A stretch of DNA of 53,874 bases, taken from the NCBI GenBank assembly GCA_036479435.1, contig JAZGFI010000052.1:1-53874 (forward strand), given 5' to 3'. Source of the stretch: Planctomycetota bacterium. Lineage in GTDB: Bacteria > Planctomycetota > GCA-002687715 > DRQF01. This document shows, piece by piece, positions 39,152 through 49,719 of this stretch. How positions within the stretch are numbered: the first letter of the stretch is position 1; each line of letters begins with the position of its first letter. A program made the position numbers and the translations under genes. The notes under the pieces were generated by a model. That model saw only the letters and a program-made list of their open reading frames with translations, made no database searches and was not told the DNA's origin.

Positions 39152-41314
39152 ATGGCTTGCTCTGGAAGAACAAGGCCCCTGTATTTACTTTTTGCGGCCC
39201 TCGGTTTGTGGGTGCTCAGTTCCTGTGATTCGGCGTCGCGATCGGGCAGCCTTGATGGAGTTGCCGACAAGCGAGCGCCAGCGGGAGCCTACTATCGTCC
39301 CTCTAGCAAGGCTCACAAGCAGTTAATCGTCAGGTCTGCCATTGAATCCTCAGCGCCGAACCTTGAGGCTCGGTCTGGAATGCGCCGAAACGACGACGCG
39401 GAGCTCATGCAGAGGCTGTCGCCAAACGAGGAGATTTGGATCGTCGAGGACAGTCTGTTCGCAAAACGACGTCACGAGACTCGGCGCGAACATGGCTGCT
39501 ACGCGCAGCTCGATGACGGCGGTGGACAATCCGTCGCGATGCCGATCAAGCTAACCTCCGTTAGGGCCGAGATCGCGGGATTCACCGCTACCGTGGATCT
39601 CAAGCAGGTCTATCACAACCCCTACTCTCAAAAGATCAACCTGCAGTACCTGTTTCCCTTGCCGGTCGATGCCGCCGTCAGTGAGTTCGTCATGACGGTC
39701 GGGGAACGCCGCATCCGCGGCATTGTTCGTGAGAAAAAAGAAGCCGAACAACTCTACCGCGAAGCTCGCGACGCCGGATTGATCGTCGCCTTGTTGACCC
39801 AAGATCGGCCCAACATCTTCGAACAGAAGATCGCCAACATCGATCCCGGGCACGCCATCCAGATCGACTTGCGTTACTTTCAGACTCTTCCCTATCGAGA
39901 CGGTGGCTTCGAATTCAGTTTTCCCATGGTGGTGGGGCCGCGTTTTAATCCCAGTGGATCCAATGATCCGATTCACGCCGTCTCCAGAGGGACGCCGATT
40001 GGCGAAGACGACAAGGCGGTGGTCTACCTCAATAAGGGCGACTACAGCGGCCACCGCATTGAACTGTCGCTTGAGCTGAACGCGGGCGTCACGATCGAGG
40101 ACATCAAAAGCGAAACTCATCGCACCCAGATCGAACGGCGCTCCGACCGCCAAGCGCGCATCACCCTCGCCGCTTCTGACGATGTGCCAAACCGCGACTT
40201 TGTTCTGCGTTATCAAGTGGCCGGCAATCAGCTGAAAACCGGCATCGTGACGCAATCTGATTCGCGCGGAAGCTACTTTTCCTTGATGATGGTGCCGCCG
40301 CGCGACATCCAAGAAAAGTCACGTCGCCCCGTCGAGCTCGTCTTCGTCATCGACACCTCGGGAAGCATGCGCGGGCTGCCGATCGAAAAAGCCAAGGCGG
40401 CGATTAGACGGGCCCTACGGGCCTCGACCCCGTCCGACAGCTTTCGCATCATCCGATTCTCCGAGTCGGCTTCCAGCCTTGGCGAAGAAGCCCTGGCGGC
40501 GACGTCTGGGAACATTCGCCGCGCCATGACCTATCTCGATCGCTTGGAAGGTGGCGGCGGCACCCACATGCTCGCGGGTATTCGCGCGGCACTCGATCCC
40601 CCCGTTGAACGCGGCCGCCAACGCATTGTTTCCTTCATGACCGATGGTTTCATCGGCAACGAAGATCAGATTTTTCGCGCCGTGTACGCCAACGTGAAAG
40701 ACGCGCGAATCTTCTCGTTTGGGATTGGTTCCTCGGTCAACCGACACCTCATCGAGGGGCTCGCTCGTTTAGGACGCGGGGCGGCGGCCTACGTTTCTTT
40801 GGACGGCGACGGGGGGAGGGCGGTCGACGCCTTCTACGATCGCATCCGCCATCCCGCGCTTGAAAACATTCAAATTAACTGGGGTGGTGCCGACGTCGTT
40901 GACGTCTACCCGCGCCGCATTCCCGATCTCTTCGTCGGCCGCCCGGTCGTCCTCACCGGCCGCTTCCGCGGCGGCCCACCGCGTTCGATCCAAGTCGAAG
41001 GTCGTCGCGAAGGCCGGCGCTGCGAGCAGCACATTTCCCTCGGCGGCAGAACTCAAGTCAACGCCGACCTCTCGAAGATCTGGGCCCGCCGCAAACTCGC
41101 CGACCTCGACTACGAAAGCGCCTTGGGCCGCGCCGGCGCCGACCGCGACGCCCTATCATTGGCTCTCGAGTACGGGATCGTCTCGCGCCTCACCGCCTTT
41201 TTGGCGGTCGACGCCAGCCGCAGGACCTTCGGCCATCCCGGCCCCACCATTCCCGTCGCCGTCCCGTTGCCCGAGGGCCTTCAACCCGGCTCGGTGCTCA
41301 ACCGTCGGCGCTAG
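39152..41314 (+). CDS. VIT and vWA domain lipoprotein (inter-alpha-trypsin-inhibitor-like)
   Basis: Lipobox LSSC; VIT (V.AEIAG..A.V..KQ.YHNP..YLFPLP..AAV..RPNIF..IANIDPG); vWA MIDAS IDTSGS, GGT, TDG, FSFGIG; WARRK..Y.IVS.LTAFLAVD; AGGAG RBS. Confidence 0.9.
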   Translation: MACSGRTRPLYLLFAALGLWVLSSCDSASRSGSLDGVADKRAPAGAYYRPSSKAHKQLIVRSAIESSAPNLEARSGMRRNDDAELMQRLSPNEEIWIVEDSLFAKRRHETRREHGCYAQLDDGGGQSVAMPIKLTSVRAEIAGFTATVDLKQVYHNPYSQKINLQYLFPLPVDAAVSEFVMTVGERRIRGIVREKKEAEQLYREARDAGLIVALLTQDRPNIFEQKIANIDPGHAIQIDLRYFQTLPYRDGGFEFSFPMVVGPRFNPSGSNDPIHAVSRGTPIGEDDKAVVYLNKGDYSGHRIELSLELNAGVTIEDIKSETHRTQIERRSDRQARITLAASDDVPNRDFVLRYQVAGNQLKTGIVTQSDSRGSYFSLMMVPPRDIQEKSRRPVELVFVIDTSGSMRGLPIEKAKAAIRRALRASTPSDSFRIIRFSESASSLGEEALAATSGNIRRAMTYLDRLEGGGGTHMLAGIRAALDPPVERGRQRIVSFMTDGFIGNEDQIFRAVYANVKDARIFSFGIGSSVNRHLIEGLARLGRGAAAYVSLDGDGGRAVDAFYDRIRHPALENIQINWGGADVVDVYPRRIPDLFVGRPVVLTGRFRGGPPRSIQVEGRREGRRCEQHISLGGRTQVNADLSKIWARRKLADLDYESALGRAGADRDALSLALEYGIVSRLTAFLAVDASRRTFGHPGPTIPVAVPLPEGLQPGSVLNRRR

Positions 41315-41357
41315 AAGGCCTCAGGCTAGGCTTCTATCGGGAAGTCTTGTTAGCATG

Positions 41358-41376
41358 TAATTAACAGCTAATTAAC
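41358..41376. promoter_or_regulatory. Tandem TAATTAAC repeats upstream of the TA operon (putative operator)
   Basis: TAATTAAC-AGC-TAATTAAC, 11-bp period with palindromic TAATTA cores, 16 nt before the antitoxin ATG. Confidence 0.5.
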
Positions 41377-41392
41377 TGTGACGAGGGTCCCC

Positions 41393-41686
41393 ATGATTCA
41401 ACCCAGCAACATCCATTCATTGACCGACTTTGTGCGCCGGGCGCGGGAGCATAGTGATCGCTTGCAAGAAAGTGGGAAACCAGAGGTCCTTACCGTCAAT
41501 GGCAGTGCCAAGCTTGTCGTTCAATCGGCGGCGGCCTACGAGATGCTGATGGACCGGCTCGAGGAATTGGAAAGCCTGGCAGGAATTCGCCATGGTCTTG
41601 CATCCATGAAGCGTAGTGAGGGGCGTCCCGCGGTCGAAGTTCTCGACGAGCTCCGAGCGGAGTTTGATATCCCTCGAAACGCATGA
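41393..41686 (+). CDS. Phd/YefM-family antitoxin
   Basis: IHSLTDF.R..LQESGKPEVLTVNGSAKLVVQSAAAYE..GIRHGLASMKRSEGRP. Confidence 0.85.
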   Translation: MIQPSNIHSLTDFVRRAREHSDRLQESGKPEVLTVNGSAKLVVQSAAAYEMLMDRLEELESLAGIRHGLASMKRSEGRPAVEVLDELRAEFDIPRNA

Positions 41687-42033
41687 GGCCCAAGTCCAGG
41701 TCCTATCAAGTCATCATCGAACCCCAGGCCGAGCAGGATTTACGTCAACGCTAACGCGAGATCGCAGAAGATTCGCCATTCAACGGAGTTCGTTGGTTCA
41801 ATCGTTTGAACAAGGCAATTCTGAACCTGGGCGAGCTTCCATCGCGTTACCCCTGTGCACCCGAAAACCTCAAGGCGCGGGGATTCGAAATTCGCAATCT
41901 CATCATTCGAAACTACCGTGTCATCTTCACGATCACAGAGGAATCGGTGCATGTCCTTCATGTCCGGCACGGCGCGAAAATGACAGCCGAGAATGATGAA
42001 TTGGAGATGCCCGGCGAGACTGGCGCCACTTAG
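41683..42033 (+). pseudogene. ParE/RelE-family toxin with premature TAA at codon 24
   Basis: ATGA-coupled; YQVIIEPQAEQDLRQR*REIAEDSP..RW...I..LGELPSRYPCAPE..EIRNLIIRNYRVIFTITEESVHVLHVRHGA; TAA at 41752-41754. Confidence 0.85.
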
Positions 42034-42180
42034 ACATTCCTGGCGCCAAGGTTCGCGAACGGCTCGATTCGGCTACAGGGCGCCGAATCTGATAAGCTTC
42101 AGCGACACCGACTTTCGCGATAATTCGAGTTCGAAGCGACGTGCTTGGCACGTTCGCCTTGTCGGTGCTGGCCGGAGAAA

Positions 42181-44256
42181 ATGGCGATGAGAAGTTTGAA
42201 GATGGCGGCGGGGCTGCTGTTGGCAGTCGCGGCCTTTTTTTGTCTGGAGCAAAGTGCTGCGGATGAGGGCATGTGGACTTTTGACCGCTTGCCCAAAAAG
42301 CTCCTGAAGGAAAAGTACGGTTTTGAGCTGACGGACAAGTGGGCACAACACGTCCAGCTGGCGTCGGTGCGATTCAATAACGGCGGGAGCGGTTCCTTTG
42401 TTTCGCCCAACGGCCTGGTGATGACCAATCATCACGTGGGGCTTGATGTCATCCATAAACTCTCCAGCGCTGAGAGCGACTATGTTCGCGATGGATTCTT
42501 GGCCTTGCGGCGAGATGAAGAGATTCGCTGCCAGGATCTTGAGTTGAACCAGCTGATCTCGATTACGGATGTGACGGAGCGCGTTCGATTAGCCGCGACC
42601 AAGAAGACGGCTGAGGAATCGGCCAAAGCCCGTCGCGCGGAGATCTCCCGCATTGAGAAAGAAGAAAGCGACCGCACAGGGCTGCGTTGTGACGTGGAGT
42701 CTTTCTACGGCGGGGATCAGTTTTGCGTCTACCGCTACAAAAAGTACACCGACGTTCGATTTGTGTTTGCGCCGGAAGAATCTGTTGCTGCTTTCGGAGG
42801 GGATCGCGACAACTTTTGCTACCCGCGTTGGTGCTTGGATTGCGCGTTCTTCCGCGTCTACGAAGACGGCAAGCCCGCTAAGACTCCGGAGTACTTCGCT
42901 TGGAGCCGTGACGGTGCCAAAAAGGACGAGTTGGTTTTCGTTTCCGGAAATCCCGGCAGCACGGGGCGCTACGAGACCGCGATTGCCTGTCGCTTCAATC
43001 GCGACCTTTTTTATCCCGCCGTCTTAAAGCTTGTCAAAAGCAACCTCTCCGGTCTTGAAGCCTACGCCAAGCGTGGAGCGGAAGAAAAGCGTCAAGCAGC
43101 GGACGCTATTGCCTCTTGGGCCAACTCATTGAAAGCCTACACGGGCTACCTTCAGGGCCTCGAAGAAGGCCGGGTCATGAAGAAGATCGAAGCTCGTGAC
43201 GCGATGCTCTTGCATCGAGCCGGTGACGAGCGGGCGGCGGTTCAGGCCGCCTATAACGAAGTCGAGGAGGCCTTTCGCAACTACAAACAGTTCGCGCGGC
43301 AGCGTCTCTTCTCACGCCTTGAAGGTCGCTTGGCACAGATGGCGCGGCAGATGGTCACCTTAGTCCGCCAGCTGGAGCTTCCCAATGAAGAACGCAAAGC
43401 TCCCTACCGCGAGAGCAGCTTGGAGTCGACAGAGCTCGGGCTTTTCTCTTCGGCGCCAATCTATATCGATCTTGAGTTGGCAGCACTCCATTCGGGCTTG
43501 ACCTTGGCGCATCGTGAGCTTGGCAAAAAGGACCTATTCGTCGCGGCCTGTTTGGGCCAGAGCTCATCCGAAACCGTCCTTACTGCCTTGAAGAACACTC
43601 GCGTCGGGGATGCTGCTTTTAGGCGCCAGCTAGTGAAAGGCGGGGTCAAGGCGGTCGAAGCGTCGAAGGACCCGATCATCCAACTAATCTTGGCCGCCGA
43701 CCCGGTCATCGAGGGTTTGGCGAAACGCCGAGAGGTCGAGTTCTTCCAGTTGTTTCGGGAGGCCGAAGCGAAGCTGTCGGAGTTGAGGCGGCGCATCATC
43801 GGCCGGCAGGGCGCTCCGGACGCCAACTTCACCCTGCGTTTGTCCTTTGGCGTCGTGAAGGGCTACGAACTCGGGACTACCGATGTTCCCCACACGACGT
43901 CAGCTTGGGGACTTTTCGAACGCCATCATTGCATGGAAGGTGTCGATCCCTATTCCTTGCCGAAAACTTGGCAGAAAGCTCGCACCAAGATCGATCTGGA
44001 CACGCATTTCAACTTCGTGTGTACGGCGGACATCATTGGCGGCAACTCGGGGAGCCCGGTCCTCAACCGCCGCGCCGAAATCGTCGGGTTGATCTTTGAT
44101 GGCAATATTCAAAGCCTCTCCAACCGCTTCGTCTTCGACGAGAAAGTGGCGAGGTCGGTCTCGGTTGACAGCGAGATCATCATCGAGGCCTTACGTCAGG
44201 TGTACGGTGCATCAGGACTCGCCGATGAGCTCGAGGGCCGAAAGACCTTCCGTTGA
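42181..44256 (+). CDS. S46-family dipeptidyl peptidase
   Basis: Signal peptide then DEGMW; GSGSFVSPNGLVMTNHHV, FGGDRDNF.YPR, GNPGST.R, PDANFTLRLSFG, DIIGGNSGSP, LIFDGN. Confidence 0.93.
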   Translation: MAMRSLKMAAGLLLAVAAFFCLEQSAADEGMWTFDRLPKKLLKEKYGFELTDKWAQHVQLASVRFNNGGSGSFVSPNGLVMTNHHVGLDVIHKLSSAESDYVRDGFLALRRDEEIRCQDLELNQLISITDVTERVRLAATKKTAEESAKARRAEISRIEKEESDRTGLRCDVESFYGGDQFCVYRYKKYTDVRFVFAPEESVAAFGGDRDNFCYPRWCLDCAFFRVYEDGKPAKTPEYFAWSRDGAKKDELVFVSGNPGSTGRYETAIACRFNRDLFYPAVLKLVKSNLSGLEAYAKRGAEEKRQAADAIASWANSLKAYTGYLQGLEEGRVMKKIEARDAMLLHRAGDERAAVQAAYNEVEEAFRNYKQFARQRLFSRLEGRLAQMARQMVTLVRQLELPNEERKAPYRESSLESTELGLFSSAPIYIDLELAALHSGLTLAHRELGKKDLFVAACLGQSSSETVLTALKNTRVGDAAFRRQLVKGGVKAVEASKDPIIQLILAADPVIEGLAKRREVEFFQLFREAEAKLSELRRRIIGRQGAPDANFTLRLSFGVVKGYELGTTDVPHTTSAWGLFERHHCMEGVDPYSLPKTWQKARTKIDLDTHFNFVCTADIIGGNSGSPVLNRRAEIVGLIFDGNIQSLSNRFVFDEKVARSVSVDSEIIIEALRQVYGASGLADELEGRKTFR

Positions 44257-44274
44257 TGCATCGGGAACGTTCAG

Positions 44275-45297
44275 TTGTCTGAGTGGCCACGCCTTGCGGC
44301 GGAATTACCCAGCGTCGGTGGCGTGTTCAAAAGCTCCCCGGCCGATTTTGAGGTTGTGGAGCGGCCCTTGTACGAACTGTCCGGTGAAGGCGAACACCTT
44401 TACCTGACCCTGCGTCGCGAGGGCCACACGACTTTTCAGGTGCAACGAGATCTCGCCGACCTCTTCGGGCTTGACCCCGTCGCAGTTGGCTATGCCGGCC
44501 TCAAGGACAAGTGGGCGCGCTGTACCCAGACTTTCTCTTTGGCCTTGCGCGACGCGCCGCTATCTGAAGTCAAGGAACGAGTCGAAGCCGAACTTGGCTT
44601 CGAGATCTTGGGCGCTCAGCGCCACGGCAACAAATTGCGAACGGGGCACCTCTTAGGCAATCGTTTCTCACTGTGGATTCGAGGTGCGGGTGAAGGCGCG
44701 CGTCAGCGCGCTGAGGCCGTGCTGGCGCGCCTGGGCGAACCGGGCTTGCCAAACTACTACGGCGAGCAACGCTTTGGCCGCGGTGGCGATAACGCCGCCA
44801 CCGGCCGCGCGTTTTTGTTGGGTGAGCGCCGTCTGCCTCCGCGACACCGCAAACTCATGCTCTCCGCTTTGCAGTCTCAGCTTTTCAACGACTGGTTGGC
44901 GAGCCGAATTTGCGATGGCTTATTTGATCAAATCTTGCTGGGTGACCTCGCGAAGAAAGAGGATACCGGAGGCCTTTTTTTGGTCGAGGATCTCGAATCC
45001 GAACGCGCTCGCTTTGCCGCCGGTGAGATCGGCTACACCGGCCCGATGTGGGGAAGCAAGATGAAGGGGGCCGAAGGGCCGGCGCGCGAGCGCGAGCTGG
45101 CGGCGCTCGCCGCGGCCAGGCTTGAGCTTGATGACTTTGCGCGAGTGCGGATGCCGGGTTCGCGGCGCCGGGCGTTTTTGCGTTTGGGGCCGGTAGAAAT
45201 GACCGAGGCGCAGGATGACCTGCGCCTCGATTTCGATCTGCCCAAGGGCAGTTATGCGACGACCCTTTTGGCCGAACTCGGCGTTTCTTTGGCCTAA
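44275..45297 (+). CDS. truD: tRNA pseudouridine(13) synthase
   Basis: DFEVVE, GEGEH, YAGLKDK.A..TQ, KLRTGHLLGNRF, PNYYGEQRFG, SALQS.LFN, LPKGSYAT. Confidence 0.93.
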   Translation: MSEWPRLAAELPSVGGVFKSSPADFEVVERPLYELSGEGEHLYLTLRREGHTTFQVQRDLADLFGLDPVAVGYAGLKDKWARCTQTFSLALRDAPLSEVKERVEAELGFEILGAQRHGNKLRTGHLLGNRFSLWIRGAGEGARQRAEAVLARLGEPGLPNYYGEQRFGRGGDNAATGRAFLLGERRLPPRHRKLMLSALQSQLFNDWLASRICDGLFDQILLGDLAKKEDTGGLFLVEDLESERARFAAGEIGYTGPMWGSKMKGAEGPARERELAALAAARLELDDFARVRMPGSRRRAFLRLGPVEMTEAQDDLRLDFDLPKGSYATTLLAELGVSLA

Positions 45298-45319
45298 GGG
45301 CTGAGTCTCGGTTGTGGGC

Positions 45320-47272
45320 CTAAGACATCGCCTTGTGGACTAACTCCAGCAAAAAGGCGCAGAGCAGCCCGGCGTAGGTCCCCAGCACATAGCCAGCGAC
45401 CGCCAGCAGGATGCCGACCGGGGCCAAAGCCGGGTGGAAGGCCGCCGCGACGATGGGGGCCGAAGCGGCGCCGCCGATGTTGGCTTTCGAGCCGACGGCC
45501 AAAAAGAAGATAGGTGCCTTTAGCAGCCAACGGAAAAACAGCAATAAACCGGCGTGGAAGGCCATCCACAGCGCGCCGATCGCCACCAGGGCGGGCGCAT
45601 CGACGATCTTGCTGAACTCGGCGTGAGCGCCAATCGACGCCACGAGCAAAAAGAGAAAGACCGAGCCAACCTTGCTTGCGCCCGATCCTTCGAGGCGGCG
45701 GAGTTTGGTGAACGATAAGGCGACGCCAAAAGTCGTGACCAAAATCACGACCCAGGTGAACTTGCTCACGATGCTGCCGATGGTGGGGAGAATTCCGGCT
45801 AAGGTCGCGGCGAGTACGGTGCCGCCAATGGCGATCGTGACGATCAAGAGCAAGTCAGGCAGATTGGTGGGGCGCTGTACTTCGGCCTCGAAGGCTTCGA
45901 CTTCCTTTTTGCAGGCATCGATGGCGCTCCGGTCGGCCCCGATCTTTTCGTCCATGGCTTTTTCACGGCCGGCAAAAAACAACAGCACCGCCATCCAGAT
46001 GTTGGCCACGGCGACGTCGACGACGATCATCTTTTGAAAGGTGCTGTCTTCGACGCCGACGCTTTGACCGATGGCAACCATGTTGGCGGTGCCTCCGATC
46101 CAAGATCCGGACAATGCAGCGAGGCCGCGCCAGGCTTCGGAACCCAGTTCCTCGGGGACGAGTTTGTAGAGAATGGCGTAGGCGATCGGTCCGCCGATGA
46201 CGATGGTCAAGGTCGCCAGCAGGAACAAACTGAGGGCCTGTTTTCCGAGGCGCAGAATGGCCGGGATGTCCACCGACATAGTCAACAATAAGAGGCTCGC
46301 CGGTAGCAACCAGGTCTTGATGAAACCGTAGAGCGAGGATTCGATGGGGATGACGCCAAGGTTAGAAAACGCGGTCGGCACGAAGTAGCAGAACACGAGC
46401 AGGGGGAGGATTTTGAAGATGCGACCCAAGGTCGGGCTGTTCGACATTGCAAACAGCGCCGCCAAAATGAGCAGCAAGACCGCGAGGACGCCCATTTGGT
46501 TAGTGATCAGAACGTCGCTAATGGGCTTGGACTGCGTTTGGTGGGTCAGCGTGGCCACACCATCTTCGACGACAACCATCGCCAATGGCACGCGACTGTC
46601 AGTCGGGTAATCCGTGTCGGAAATGGCCAGCGTTTTGTTGGCACTACCGCTCGCGAAAGGGAGAGCCGCAACCAAGGCGGCGTTTTTCAGCGGGACGCTG
46701 AGGACACGGTCGCCAATCGTGAAGTTGGATTGAGGTTCTTCGTCTTTGGAGAGGTCGCCGCGAAAAACATAGGCCACGGCGTCCGTGGATCGCCTTGCGG
46801 ACTGTAGTTTGAGTTCTAGCTGTTCGCCGAGGAAGGGCTGCCTTGGACCTACCGATAGGGCACTCTTGACGCTGCGTTCGGTACGGCTGTCGACGAGCTC
46901 AATGGCCTCGCCAAGCTCGACCGCCGCTACGATCTCGAACTTGCGACCGCTGAATCTCGACTCGAAGGGCACGGAAGTCTTGAGCTTGGCCAGGCCGCCC
47001 TCAACGGTCGCCGTGCCAAGTTCCTCGGCGCCGCCGAGCGGAATGGACACCTGGTGAGCCAAGATGGGCGTCACGGTCTTTTCACCGTCTTTGATGCCGG
47101 AGTAAAAGTGAACCAGGCTGCCGTTGGGATACTCGGTCTTGAGCGTGACTTCGATCTCGTCGCCGATCGCCGGGTTGGGCGTGGAGAACTCCAGCTCGTG
47201 GGGTTTGCTGCAAGCGGCAAACAGCAGGGCGCTTAAGGCGAGTGCGAAGAAGGCGCGAAGGCGTGTTGGCAT
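45320..47272 (-). CDS. DUF819-family membrane protein fused to an N-terminal lipoprotein segment with two beta domains
   Basis: Lipobox FAAC; C-terminal ~390 aa with LLPASLLLL, SWIGGTANMVA, VGSKANIGGAASAPIVAAAFHPALAPVGILLAVAGY.LGTY. Confidence 0.8.
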   Translation of the reverse strand: MPTRLRAFFALALSALLFAACSKPHELEFSTPNPAIGDEIEVTLKTEYPNGSLVHFYSGIKDGEKTVTPILAHQVSIPLGGAEELGTATVEGGLAKLKTSVPFESRFSGRKFEIVAAVELGEAIELVDSRTERSVKSALSVGPRQPFLGEQLELKLQSARRSTDAVAYVFRGDLSKDEEPQSNFTIGDRVLSVPLKNAALVAALPFASGSANKTLAISDTDYPTDSRVPLAMVVVEDGVATLTHQTQSKPISDVLITNQMGVLAVLLLILAALFAMSNSPTLGRIFKILPLLVFCYFVPTAFSNLGVIPIESSLYGFIKTWLLPASLLLLTMSVDIPAILRLGKQALSLFLLATLTIVIGGPIAYAILYKLVPEELGSEAWRGLAALSGSWIGGTANMVAIGQSVGVEDSTFQKMIVVDVAVANIWMAVLLFFAGREKAMDEKIGADRSAIDACKKEVEAFEAEVQRPTNLPDLLLIVTIAIGGTVLAATLAGILPTIGSIVSKFTWVVILVTTFGVALSFTKLRRLEGSGASKVGSVFLFLLVASIGAHAEFSKIVDAPALVAIGALWMAFHAGLLLFFRWLLKAPIFFLAVGSKANIGGAASAPIVAAAFHPALAPVGILLAVAGYVLGTYAGLLCAFLLELVHKAMS

Positions 47273-47379
47273 GTCAGAGCTCTGAAAGCGAGGTTGAGGG
47301 CTTAAGAACAAGGGCGCGTTTCCGTGGCCGGAAGCGCGCCCTTGTCGTCTTGGTTCAGGTCAAAAGGCTTGCTTTGGGA

Positions 47380-49434
<2,055 letters not shown>

Positions 49435-49719
49435 GTGCAGAGCCCTCCGGTGATCGTACTTAGCATGGTCCGCTCCAGACGGGTTTCGACGTCAAAACCG
49501 CGCCCTTTGGAGACGCGAAACCAGTTTTGGCTGGGGCTCGCATCTCGCTTTAAGATGGCGTTTTGTATCGGATCGGCGACGGAATGTAAACGTCTGGCCA
49601 GCCAGGACCTGGGATCGGTCGACAAAGGCAGGGGAGAATCGGCCGTGCGCGGGGGGCCAGGGGAGTGGTAGGATCGTGAGCGATCTTGAGCGAATTAGGG
49701 TAAACGGCCGAAAACGGGA

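Noticed and set aside
37118..41754. Stop-codon recoding to explain the in-frame TAG (yhcG) and TAA (toxin)
   Set aside because: Two different stop codons at positions expecting different residues. TAG and TAA end many normal genes here, and each is one substitution from the expected codon.
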